Shown here: in pieces, positions 40,755 to 55,763 of the stretch
Position numbering within the stretch: the first letter of the stretch is position 1
Layout of the letters: every line of letters starts with the position of its first letter
NCBI GenBank assembly: GCA_965112735.1
Contig: OZ218963.1
Span: 1,550,001 to 1,614,000, forward strand
Reading direction: 5' to 3'
Length of the DNA stretch: 64,000 nt
DNA from: Phaeosaccion multiseriatum
Lineage: Eukaryota; Protista; Ochrophyta, other classes
Position numbers and translations under genes: made by a program
The notes under the pieces: generated by a model
What the model saw: only the letters and a program-made list of their open reading frames with translations
What the model was told of the DNA's origin: nothing
Database searches by the model: none

Positions 40755-42413
40755 ATGCACGACGGGACAGCGATGGCGCGGGGAGAAGCAGATGGAGGAG
40801 GAGACACACTCCCACCGTCGGCAGCACCAGCCCCAGCACCAGCACCAGCAGCACCAGCAGCAGCACCAGCGGGGGGGGTTGCGTTCCGAGCGTCTCACGT
40901 CGATCACCCCGAGGAGCCTCGCCAGATCATCGCCATGGTGTGCATGGTGGGGGTGGTGGCGGGAGTGGGCCTACGACGAGAGAGCTCCGATCCTCGCGAC
41001 AATGCTAGGGCCGCCTTGCTTGGGGGCATGGTGATTTACCTCACACACTCCTTCCTGCAGCTGCGTGACAGTGTGTTTGTGAGGCCGCATCCCGGGTTCT
41101 GGAGAGTGGTGCACGGTGCGGGAACCATGTACCTTGTGCTGCTGGGTGCGGCCCTGTTCCTCAGCAGAGACAACGCCGTCAACATGGTGGACATTTTGTT
41201 CTCTTCGGAGAAGCCTTCGCTTGCTGCTGCTCCTGCTGCTGCTGCTGCCGCCCAGGTGCCGTCCAATCATCCGGTTCAGATGAAGTGCGAGCTGACATGG
41301 CAGCACCTGTGGGGCCAGCTGACGGAGGTGTGGTTCTTTGCGCATGTGTCCGGCTGGTGGGGCAAAATGTGCATCTTCCGGGACTGGAAAATCTGCTGGG
41401 TACTGTCCATTGGCTTTGAGATTTTGGAGCTATCAATGGGATGGATGGTGCCCCAGTTTAAAGAGTGCTGGTGGGACTCGCTCTTCGTGGACCTCCTGGG
41501 CGCCAACCTCATTGGAATGGTCCTCGGCACATACACCCTCCGCTTTCTGGAGAACCGTAACTACGACTTCGCCGGACATCGGCCGAGGAACGGAGGAGGT
41601 ACCAGAGTGCAACGGGCGCTAGTACGCTTCAGCCCCTTCAGCTGGAACAAGTGGGAGTGGGAGGTGTTCTCGTCCCCCAAGCGCTTTATGCAGATTGTCA
41701 TGCTGGTGTCGGTGGTGCTCATGACGGAGCTCAATGCCTTTATGCTTCTCAATGCCCTCGACATTCCCAAGAGCAGCATTTTCCACAAGGCTCGGCTATG
41801 CCTCTTGGCCCTTGTGGGGTCGCTAGGCACCGCTGAATTTTACGAATACATCACCAAACCCGCAAACCAAAGGATTGGGCCCAACATGTGGCTCATCAGC
41901 GCCCTCATGCAGCTCGAGATTCTGGTGTGGGTGAAATTCATGCCCTCCCAAATCCTCTCCCAGAACAGCCCCATGGCCGTCAAAGGCCCCCTGCTTCTCA
42001 CCATGTCCCTCTTTTGCATGTGGGCGCTGCTCTTTTTCACCATGAACAAGCCTTCGACAGTGAGCGGGGGGAGTGGGTTGTGCACCACAGCTGGAAGCAG
42101 CAATAGTGGTAGCGATGGCAGTAGAGGGAGGGAGGGCAGCGGTTGCACCAACGGATGTAGAGGAGGCACGCAGGGGATGGAGAACGTGGACAGCGCTGTC
42201 TCGCTACAGCAACCGCAGCAGCAGGAGCAGGAGCAGGAGCAGGCCGAACGGCAGCGCAAGGACTGGGAGGGTGGGCCGGCGGCCTCGGTTGGGGTGGTGG
42301 AGGCTTTGAAGCACCTCAACACCGTTGACCTGCTGAAATGGCTGGGACTGGACTTGCTCTTTTTTGCGTCCTTTCTCCCTCTCGGCTGGCTCGTCAAGCA
42401 GTACTACTACTGA
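40755..42413 (+). CDS. PSS: Phosphatidylserine synthase, base-exchange (PTDSS) type; intronless
   Basis: RPHPGFWRVVHG, AHVSGWWGK, SIGFEILEL, FKECWWDSLFVDLLGANLIG and TELNAF motifs with multiple TM segments. Confidence 0.95.
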   Translation: MHDGTAMARGEADGGGDTLPPSAAPAPAPAPAAPAAAPAGGVAFRASHVDHPEEPRQIIAMVCMVGVVAGVGLRRESSDPRDNARAALLGGMVIYLTHSFLQLRDSVFVRPHPGFWRVVHGAGTMYLVLLGAALFLSRDNAVNMVDILFSSEKPSLAAAPAAAAAAQVPSNHPVQMKCELTWQHLWGQLTEVWFFAHVSGWWGKMCIFRDWKICWVLSIGFEILELSMGWMVPQFKECWWDSLFVDLLGANLIGMVLGTYTLRFLENRNYDFAGHRPRNGGGTRVQRALVRFSPFSWNKWEWEVFSSPKRFMQIVMLVSVVLMTELNAFMLLNALDIPKSSIFHKARLCLLALVGSLGTAEFYEYITKPANQRIGPNMWLISALMQLEILVWVKFMPSQILSQNSPMAVKGPLLLTMSLFCMWALLFFTMNKPSTVSGGSGLCTTAGSSNSGSDGSRGREGSGCTNGCRGGTQGMENVDSAVSLQQPQQQEQEQEQAERQRKDWEGGPAASVGVVEALKHLNTVDLLKWLGLDLLFFASFLPLGWLVKQYYY

Positions 42414-42841
42414 CGGAATTGGGTTGCTGCTCTATTTCGCGATAAATCGCAGTGGCGCATCAGGGCAGAGTGCCGTGGCAACAATATACATTCACGGGTT
42501 GGAGTTTTCTACATATGTATAGGATGGGAGAATCTTGCTCCGACCCTCTGGCGTTTGTCTCTTCTCCCTCACCTCCGTACCCTGCCCATCCCCCTTTTCT
42601 TTCTTTTTTTGCTCGTGGTGTCTATAAAAGAAAGAACAATTGACCCCTCCATTTCCAAGCTCTTGTTCACAGCGGCACAGAGGGAGGGGGCGTCTAACGT
42701 CTTCTTGGCGGCTGCTCCTCCCCCAGAGCTCCCCAACCCCCTTCCTTACCCTATTTATACTTGGCTCTGGTGTCTACAAGAATTGCGCAGCTCAAGCTTC
42801 GGGATGCCCCGCCCCCCCAGGGGAAGAACCAACCAAAGTCA

Positions 42842-45980
<3,139 letters not shown>

Positions 45981-46057
45981 AAAAGAGTGTTTGTGCCGAG
46001 GGGGGGGGGGTTCGGGATGGCACTCCATGTCACCTTCCCTTTCACTAGCTTGACTCC

Positions 46058-47666
46058 ATGCGGCCATTATTATCGCAGAAGGGAAAGAGAGCGAGGGCTA
46101 GTGGCAGAAGTGGCAGCAGTAGGAGCTGGGATGGGCCTCGAGAACGGCTGCGGCTTCAGGCTCGACGCTGGCTCTCCCGCGCTCGGGCGGCTCCATTGTC
46201 GTGCCTCGTGTTGCTGTTGGCCCTCGTGGGGACAGCTGTAGTGTTACTGGTTCGCTTGTGCTGGTACATGCATGTCCACTCCTATGTGTGGCAAGTGACG
46301 GCGTTCGCGGGGCTGTGGCGCCAGCCCCGTGAGCCCTGCTCCCTGCTGGTGGACATTCACCAGACGTATGACCTCCTGGGAGCACCTCCCAAGGACGAGC
46401 AGCAGCAGCTCCGGATAGCTATCGTGCTCCTGTACAGCCCGCTAATGTGGCCGAACAGGTGTGGTTGAGAGCTGCTCTGTACCGCTGCCCGAGCCAACAA
46501 ACGGGCTCACAACGCTCGCTTCCTTACTCGCGCTCTTCTCCCCCACAAGGTACACTGAAATAAGCTTGTCCAACAAGCGTGGCTACGCATCTTTGCATGA
46601 CTACACATTGATTGTGGCCGATGAAAGCCACCCTTCCGTGGACCACAGCAGACCGATGGCTTGGAGCAAAATCCTCCTAGTCCAGAAGTACCTACCCGAG
46701 TATGACTACATTGCCTATATGGACATGGACACATTGGTGAGTAGCAAGAGAAGATATACTCGCCTCCTTGCTCGTTCTGTGCCCCCCTTGTTGCGTCACA
46801 ATGTTCCTTTGCCCCCCTCCCCCCCGGTCTCCCCCTCTCTCCCTTTGTACCCGCCCCCCCAGATTATGGATCCCAGCATCAAGCTCGAGTGGATCATTGA
46901 GCGCAGCAGCACCGCAAACCTCAAAAGTAAGGACGCCGCATCTGGAGCAGCAGCCGGCGCATCGGCGAGTGTGTCGTCCCTTTCCGTGTCCTCCGCCGAC
47001 CGGCAAGAGCGGTCCGGTTTGACCGACATGATTATGACTGAGGATTGGAATGGACCCAATACAGGCGTGTTCTTGGTCCGGAATTCCGCTTGGTCGCACT
47101 GGCTGTTGAAAGAGTGGTGGGGGCAGGAGCAGCTCGTCAAGGGTGCCTTCACCTTCGAATACGAGCAGCGAGGTCTGCACTTCCTCTTGCAGGTGAGCCC
47201 CACTTGTGTCATTTTCCCTTTTTGCTTTTGCTGGGCTGCACCCTTTCCCCTGCAGTTTGAGGGGTCTGAGGACTTTGGGTATGGCAAGCGGAGTAGAGCA
47301 TGAACCTGGAGTATGGTGGCTGTTTGGCTGACGGGTGACCGCCTCCACTCCACCTGCCCCCGACAGACTAAGGTCTGGAGATCTCGCCACCCGGAATTGG
47401 TCTATTCGGGCGTGTCGTCTGCCATTTGGAAGCACATATCTGTGCTACCTCAGTGTGTGATGAACAGCTACATTGTGCACCCGCTTCAGAGTGGCAACGC
47501 GTTGGTGAGGGCGTATGGCGACCACGCTAGATACAACCCCACCTGCGACTTCGTGCTACACATGGCGGGCAAGAAGGGAGAGGTGCGGCTCCGGCTCATG
47601 GACTTCTTTGCCGTTCAGGCGGCGTCTGCCTTGACTTTAGCGCGCATGGCAACCAATGCCGGTTGA
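46058..47666 (+). CDS. Glycosyltransferase family 34 (GMA12/MNN10-like); exons 46058-46458, 46550-46736, 46863-47192, 47367-47666
   Basis: N-terminal TM anchor, AWSKI, YMDMDTL (DxD), NTGVFLVRN, YEQRGL, FVLHMAG. Phase-consistent GT-AG introns. Confidence 0.9.
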
Positions 47667-48190
47667 TGTCAGGCCAAGCCTTGCCATTGGGCCAGGGGTG
47701 AAGTGCTGCTGGCGATACTAGAGGACAGAGGGGGGAGAGGAGGGCGTACTGTCGGATCAGCTGGCGTCCATGCTTCAGACTTTGCACAGCAGTGATATGC
47801 GCTACAGCAGGGCAGCTGAAGCTACTACCGGCGGATAGAGCCGAGTCCAACTGCTGCTCCTGGGCTGTGACTCCTGTCGTAGATCTCCAAAACGCCGTCG
47901 GCACGCTGCACTTCCATCATTCTCCTTTCACTCCTCCCGTGTAGGAGAAGGGCTGCTCAGCATCCAGCAGGAAAGAGTGACAGCAACTAGCCCAACCCCA
48001 GCGTCAGCGTCTTGCATATCAACAAGAATATACGATTTCAAACATACGATTCTTAGGTTGTTTCCTTGTGTAACAGACAGAAAGGTGCAGTGGGATGCAG
48101 CAAAACCTGTGAATTTCTCTTCTGCCTCTCCACTTTCTTCTCCTTCCCCTTTCAGTTTCTTAGGTGACTCCTATGAGTCAATAAATATCA

Positions 48191-51100
48191 TCAGTACTTG
48201 GGCCATAGGCCTGCGCTGAGGTCTCCAACGAGTTTCCGGAACACCGCAGTACTCCCGCCGTTGCCGTGCAGCGCTGCCGGGTGACTGTTCGTGAGCTTGC
48301 TATGCACCTGCCCAGCCTCCGGCCCCACCGTAAAGTGTTCGTACGCGACCTCATGCAAGGTGTGGAAGATGATGCCCTCCCCGTCCAGCACGATCCGCCG
48401 TCGGAGCGAACGGTTTCGCAGGTAGAAGCGCGTAAACCAGCGTTGGTCATCGAGGTTGAGGGGGTCCGCGCCCCATCGGCTGTGGTGTTGCTCAATGTCT
48501 TGCTGGATCTCATCGAGCATGGCCTTGACCGCACCTACCGTGCCGATATATGTGCCTGAGGGGGCGAGGTGGGAATGGGGTTGAGTGGAGTAAGGTTGAG
48601 GATGGATTACATTGACATACAGAATTAACCAAAGAATGTGTGGTGGGGCAAGGGCGTCACAGAGGGGATAAAAGTGGATTGAGCCCAGAGCCGCGCTGTA
48701 GGGGATGGCGTGGGGAGCAGAGCAGAGCATATGGCGTACGACACAAATGGCACAAGCCCGACAGAAGTTTGTTTGTTGGTCCCCTTTTCTTTCTCACAGG
48801 GAGAGCTCCTCGCTAATACGATTTTACTAACCTGAGTTGAGGTACGGTAAGGAGGGCTGCTGCCCCTGACCCGACCCGTACGGATAGAGCGACTGCAAGC
48901 CTCTGTCCGGGGAGCTGGCTACCTCACCGCTGAAGACGAGGGCCGAGCCAAAGCCGCGATACAGGGCCACAACCTCGCGAGCCTCCTCAAGTAGCACCAC
49001 GTCATACGCGTCTGCAAGGGAGGGGGTGGAGAGTGGACGGTGGAGGGTGGAGGGTGGAGGGTGGAGAGTGGAGGGGGGAGATTGGAGGATGGAAGGTGGA
49101 GGGTAGAGGATCGGGGTGGGGGGGTGATATATTATGTACATACACACATATGATTATACATACATGAGGGTGAAGGGAGAAGGGTCAAGGGTGGAGCGTG
49201 GAGGCAGGATCCTCCCTCTACTCTCCACCCTTCATCCTCTACCGTCCACCTCCTCCCTCCACTCCCCGCCCTTCATCCTCTACCCTCCACCTCCTCCCTC
49301 CGCTCTCCGCCCTTCATCCTGTACCCCCCACCTCCTCCCTCCACTCTCCACCCTTCATCCTCCACCCTCCACCTCCTCCCTCCACTCTCCGCCCTTCATC
49401 CTCTACCCTCCACCTCCTCCCTCCGCTCTCCACTCTTCATCCTCTACCCTCCACCTCCTCCATGCACTCTCCACCCTTCATCCTCTACCCTCCACCTCCT
49501 CCCTCCACTCCCCGCCCTTCATCCTCTACCCTCCGCTCTCCACCCTTCATCCTGTACCCTCCACCTCCTCCCTCCACTCTCCACTCGTCATCCTGTACCC
49601 CCCACCTCCCTCCACTCTCCACCCTTCATCCTCCACCCTCCACCTCCTCCCTCCACTCTCCACCCTTCATCCTCTACCCTCCACCTCCTCCCTCCGCTCT
49701 CCACCCTTCATCCTCTACCCTCCACCTCCTCCCTCCACTCTCCACTCTTCATCCTCTATCCTCCACCTCCTCCCTCCACTCTCCACTCTTCATCCTGTAC
49801 CCCCCACCTCCTCCCTCCACTCTCCACCCTTCATCCTCTACCCTCCACCTCCTCCCTCCACTCTCCACTCTTCATCCAGTACCCCCCACCTCCTCCCTCC
49901 ACTCTCCACCCTTCATTCTCTACCCTCCACCTCCTCCCTCCACTCCCCGCCCTTCATCCTCTACCCTCCACCTCCTCCCTCCACTCTCCACCTTTCATCC
50001 TGTACCTCCTCCCTCCACTCTCCACTCTTCATCCTCTACCCTCCACCTCCTCCCTCCGCTCTCCACCCTTCATCCTCTACCCTCCACCTCCTCCCTCCAC
50101 TCTCCACCCTTCATCCTCTACCCTCCACCTCCTCCCTCCACTCTCCACCCTTCATTCTATATATAAAAATATATACCCTCCACCTCCTCCCTCCACTCTC
50201 CACTCTTCATCCAGTACCCCCCACCTCCTCCCTCCACTCTCCACCCTTCATCCTGTACCCCCCACCTCCTCCCTCCACTCTCCACCCTTCATCCTGTACC
50301 CTCCACCTCCTCCCTCCACTCTCCACCCTTCATCGTCTACCGTCCACCTCCTCCCTCCACTCCCCGCCCTTCATCCTCTACCCTCCACCTCCTCCCTCCA
50401 CTCTCCACCCTTCATCCTGTACCTCCTCCCTCCACTCTCCACCCATCATCCTCTGCCCTCCACCTCCTCCCTCCACTCTCCACCCTTCATCCTGTACCCT
50501 CCACCTCCTCCCTCCACTCTCCACCCTTCATTCTATATATATAAATATATACCCTCCACCTCCTCCCTCCACTCTCCACCCTTCATCCTCTACCCTTCAT
50601 GCTCTACCCTTCATTCTATATATATAAATATATACCCTCCACCTCCTCTCTCCACTCTCCACCCTTCATCCTCTACCCCCCACCTCCTCCCTCCACTCTC
50701 CACCCTTCATCGTCTACCCTCCACCTCCTCCCTCCACTCTCCACCCTTCATCGTCTACCCTCCACCTCCTCCCTCCAATCTCCACCCTTCATCCTCTACC
50801 CCCCACCTCCTCCCTTCACTCTCCACTCTTCATCCTGTACCCTCCACCTCCTCCCTCCACTCTCCACCCTTCATCCTCTACCCTCCACCTCCTCCCTCCA
50901 CTCTCCACTCTTCATCCTGTACCCCCCACCTCCTCCCTCCACTCTCCACCCTTCATCCTCTACCCTCCACCTCCTCCCTCCACTCCCCGCCCTTCATCCT
51001 CTACCCTCCACCTCCTCTCTCCACCCTTCATCCTCTACCCTCCACCTCCTCCCTCCACTCTCCACTCTTCATCCTGTACCCTCCACCTCCTCCCTCCACT

Positions 51101-54100
51101 CTCCACCCTTCATCCTCTACCCTCCACCTCCTCCCTCCACTCTCCACTCTTCATCCTGTACCCTCCACCTCCTCCCTCCACTCTCCACCCTTCATCGTCT
51201 ACCCTCCACCTCCTCCCTCCACTCCCCGCCCTTCATGATCTACCCTCCACCTCCACTCTCTACCCTTCATCCTGTACCCTCCACCTCCTCCCTCCACTCC
51301 CCACCCATCATCCTCTGCCCTCCACCTCTTCCCTCCAGGGTAGAGGAGGCCACCTCCTCTCTCCAGAGGAGAGGATGAAAGGTGGAGAGTGGAGGGAGGA
51401 TGTGGAGGGTACAGGATGAAGGGTGGAGAGTTGAGGGAGGAGGTAGAGGGTACAGATGAAGGGTGGAGAGTGGAGGGTGGAGCGTGGAGGGAGGAGGTGG
51501 AGGGTGAAGGGAGAAGGATGGAGTGGGGAGTGGAGGGTGGAGGCAACAAGGGGTTCGCTCGCTCGCTCGCTCACGCACGCACCCACTCACTCACCAACAA
51601 AGAGCAGAACATGATGGTCAGGTATGTCTTGGAGGTGCTCTGAGAGCCACTTAATCTTCTGCCCAAGCCCGACCCACTTCTCGTCGAGACCCAAGATGAC
51701 GAGCTCATATCCCAGAGTGTAAGCCGACGCCTATACAGTTTCGATTGGAGAGGGGAGCAAAATTCCATTCCACAGGGTGAGGTGATAACATGAGATTAAG
51801 TTCTCCGTTTCCGAGTGCACACACACACCGTACACACACGCACTCACACACAAAACACACACATGACGCACTCATTGAGATGCTCAAGTCGAATCAAATT
51901 TGATACCTGAAGGATCTTCAGCTCCTCTTTGAACTCTGTGGCCACAGTCACCACATGCAAAAGCACATCGTCGTCTCTCTGGTCCTGCTCGTCCCCACCC
52001 CCTGCTGCTGCTGCTGCTGCTGCTGCTACCGCTGTATCATCGACTGCCACGGTCTCCCCCGCTCCCGTACCCGGGCCCGCACAGTCACCGACGCTGTCAC
52101 TGCCCTTCTCAGGGCAGTCTCCGAGATCCTTCCCATATTGAGAAGATGGGGTGAAGGAGGCAAGAGGAAGCGCCAGAGCAGAAGAAGCAGAGCACCAGCA
52201 GAGCACACGACAAGCGAAAGAGAGGGACGCGGGTGGGTGAAAGATCGAAGAGGTGGTATCGAAATAGATGAGGCTTACTCGGGGCCAAGGCACCCTGCCT
52301 TCCTTCCTTCCCTCCCTTGTCCGGAGACCTGGTCGTTGCCCCCCCCCACTACTGAACCACCCTCGAGCTCTGCAAACGTCACAATGCCTCAGCAACAACA
52401 GGCGGTCAAACATCCCCGTCTCCTCTTTGGAGGGGAAGCAGCCGTCCGTCCTCTTGCTCGTGTATACCTCAAAAGCACGCCTCGTTCGCCTACCACCGTC
52501 TGGTGCCATCCCTACCTGCTGCTGCTGCGCCACTGGGACGGCGACCGGCAAGGTCCTGCTCACGACAAAGGCAGCCTCGTCCCGGAGAGTCTTTGCCTCA
52601 AACGCCCCCCCGTCGTGTTTCAGCTCCAACGCTAGCGCCTTATCCTCGAGCTGGTTGCTCAGCAAGTGAGCTGAGATGGCGAAATCGGGGGCCTCCTTCA
52701 GTGTGTGGACGGCGCCAGAGTCGACATTCGCGCACGCACGCACGTTCAAGGGGTGGAGATACACGAGAGCGAGGTGGGTTGTGAGTGGTGTCAAGACGCG
52801 GAGGGAGACGTTGGAATGTGCGCACACAAGACGAAGGAAGGATGTCGTCCATGCGACATGTAAAGAGCGTGTCGAGCCGCAGCATAACAGAATCCGCCCT
52901 GTGATCTACGTATAGTGCATTGGCTTCATCACAGCGTCCACTTTGACTTGATCTGCCTCTTCCTTCCTTCCTTCCTTCCTTCCTCTCTTCCTTCCTGTTC
53001 CTTCCTTTCTTCCGTCCGTCCGTCCTTCCGTTCTTCCCGCTGTATTCCCTCTCTCCCTCCCTTCCTTCCTTCCTTACCTGCACGCAAGACCTAAGGAAGG
53101 CCAATCCACCGGCCTTGATATGCTCGTAATCCTCGATGGGGAAGAGCTTTGTCGCGCGAGACGTCATCCCATCATCCAACACCTATTGGGGGGGGGAAGA
53201 GAGGCGGAGAGCAAACAAGGACAAGCACAATTCAGCAGTGCACGTTAGCTCTACTAGAATGAGGGCGGGGAGGTTGCCTCTCACATTGCTTCCATACGTT
53301 TCATTTCCCCCAGGGAGCGGTCAAGTTTCTGTTACGATGAGGCAGCAGCAGCAGGTGGCACCAGAGAGTGCACATGGCTAAGAATGGAGACACGGTGGGA
53401 TCAAACCCTCCTCCTACCTGCGAGAAGGCCAACTCTGCTTTGTGTGTATAGTTACGGCCCGAGCACAGCCCTCGCAGGTCGAAGAAAGTTCCTGGAGGGT
53501 CACTGTGGGTAAGGACAGTCCTCCGCAGCTCCGTTCTTATCGAGTATGTCTGCGCCAGAGGTGAGGGGGTAGGGAAGAGGGCCCGAAGGGAGGCGAGGGA
53601 GACCGCACAGACGCGGACAGAATCAGCGTGAGGGCAAAGGTGGAGAGGGGAGGCAGTCAGGTTACGTTTGCGGGGGGGGGGGGGCATCCACCCTCTGACT
53701 GTGAAAAGGCTCTCTTAGGCCCTGCGCCCTCTAAGTTCCGACCGAAGCAGCCGCGGATGTTCACTACAATACAGCCCTAGTCAATGTCAATGGCACAGCA
53801 CTCGAGAGTCTTCCAAAACGGTTGACTCCCCCGCCACACAAAAGGACTCCCTCCCTCCTTTCCTCCAGGTCTTCCGGCTGTGAGCCCCGGCCTTGCTCGG
53901 CCCGCCACCCTCCGTCCTGACAACCTCTGTCCTGACACCCCTTGCCACCCCTTGCCACCCCTGCCGGCAGGCGAACAAGGATAAGCGCGCGAGGACTTTG
54001 CGTTGCTTTTGGTCTGCCTGCCTGCCTGCCTGACTGACTGACTGACTGACGGACTGGCTGAGGAGGCCGATGTCTCACCATTTGCACAATTTTCCCCGCC

Positions 54101-55431
54101 TTGAGGTTGTCCTGAAGGTCCCCCCTGGGGTCTCCAGTGGCATCCACCAGCTCCTCTAGCATGCGCAGTCCCGCGTTGCAGTGTGTCAAGTCCCCCCACT
54201 CAATATACATAGCAGAGAGGTTGCTTCGGTACCTGTCCGTGTGATATCGTATGAGACACAAAGCAACCAAAACACAACAAAACAAAACAAACCAAAACAA
54301 TAGACCAACGGGAGAGATGTGTGTGAGAAAAGTACTTATAAGGAGAGAATGAATCGTCTTCTCCACATGCGCGGCACACTCGGTGGAGGGTCACAGGTAT
54401 TTCCTTGTGTCCTTGTTTCGTACATGCCCTGCCGTACGTCTCGGTCAGAGATTGGGCCCCCTTGGGGACAACCCTATACTCCCCGTGCCGTTCTCGCTCT
54501 CTCTCTGTCACACACACACTCCATGCAGAGCGATGACCCACAACTCCAGACAGTTCCGTCCGTAAAGTGCGGGACCTTCTCCCCCGAGATCACCCACCTC
54601 ACGTCATCGGGTGCCATCTGAATGGCTTTGATGAACTCCGCCTCCGCTTCCTCGAAGCTTCCCTGCATGTGGAGGGCACTTGCGAGGTACGCTCTGTGGG
54701 GAAAGAGAGGAGCATTGCACCAGCGGGAAAGGAAATATACTGGTTGGACAGATAAGCACGGCCCCCCTCGGTCTAGTCGAGCGGCCTGCCGGACCAACGC
54801 TAGCACTTGCCCCCTCCCGTTCGATGGAGCCCCGAAGCGTCTCTACTCTACGCTCGTGGGTTCTCTTCAGCGCTCTTCTTTCCCATTCACCTGCTGCTGA
54901 CCCTTGACTGAACCATCTATTTCGGAAAGAGTCCTGCCAGAAAGGAACCATTCTTGTGGACGCTATCCTCGCCACCATCACCATCATCACACCATTCCGC
55001 CCCCCATCGTTTGCAGGACTTACCGCCTTGAAGCGTCCTCCGGACTTGACACTACCGCGCCGCGAAACACCTCCGCTGCAGCTTCGTAGTCTCCCATCCG
55101 ATACGAATTAACACCTGTGAAGAGCCGAGGTGATGTTTCGAAGGCCCAAGTGAGGTAAGGAGCTGAGCTGTGGGCCATTTCGAACATGCTCCTTCTTTTT
55201 GATATATGTTGATGTCTGTGACTGTGCTGCTGAGTCTCACATGTCCCGCACGAGAATATCGTAGTAGGCTGCGTCCACCACCATGCGATTGCACAAGACA
55301 CCTTGCTACTGCTGCTCGCCATGCCCACCTTTTTGGAGTAGAGTTCGGTCATCGGCACCGGCAGTTGACTGTGCGAGGGGCAAGACTGCAGCGGCTATAA
55401 CGGACACTCCAAGCCAACAAATCCAACCCAT
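48191..55431 (-). CDS. Secreted multi-exon protein with N-terminal TPR repeats and a C-terminal PLOD/LH3-type glycosyltransferase domain
   Basis: Signal peptide MGWICWLGVSVIAAAVL and TPR-like exons at 55113-54120. LHVVTVATE, LGQKIKWL, LLFVDAYDVV, LVFSGE, YLNSGTYIG, DDQRWFT and LHGNG motifs. Middle exons only partly resolved. Confidence 0.75.
49210..51335. repeat. Intronic 41-bp pyrimidine-rich minisatellite, ~50 copies
   Basis: Unit CCTCCACCTCCTCCCTCCACTCTCCACCCTTCATCCTCTAC, inside intron 51594-49012. Confidence 0.95.
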
Positions 55432-55763
55432 CTTCTCGAAGACTATGGGGAGAAGGAGCCAGGGGGGTACACCATGAGCAGTGAAGGATAGAGGGGCCAG
55501 GAGGAGGTAAATAAGAGGGGAGATGGCCTACCTAAAGCTATGAAGACACACGATTTATTTTTTTTAACGTTTGAGCGAAGAACCAACATGGAAACCAAGT
55601 TACGTATCTTACGTATGACATTACTTTTAGACAACCATAGATGGCACTTAAGGGTGTATAATATATGTATGCTTGTTGGCCTTACATTTACATTTGGTGC
55701 CCTCCCCCCGCCCCCCGGACCCTCCCCGGGGTGGCGAGCGAGAACCCTTGCAGGTCAGCAGGA

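Noticed and set aside
49134-51378. Long Pro/Ser/Leu-rich ORFs
   Set aside because: Artefacts of a stop-free minisatellite inside an intron of the opposite-strand gene.
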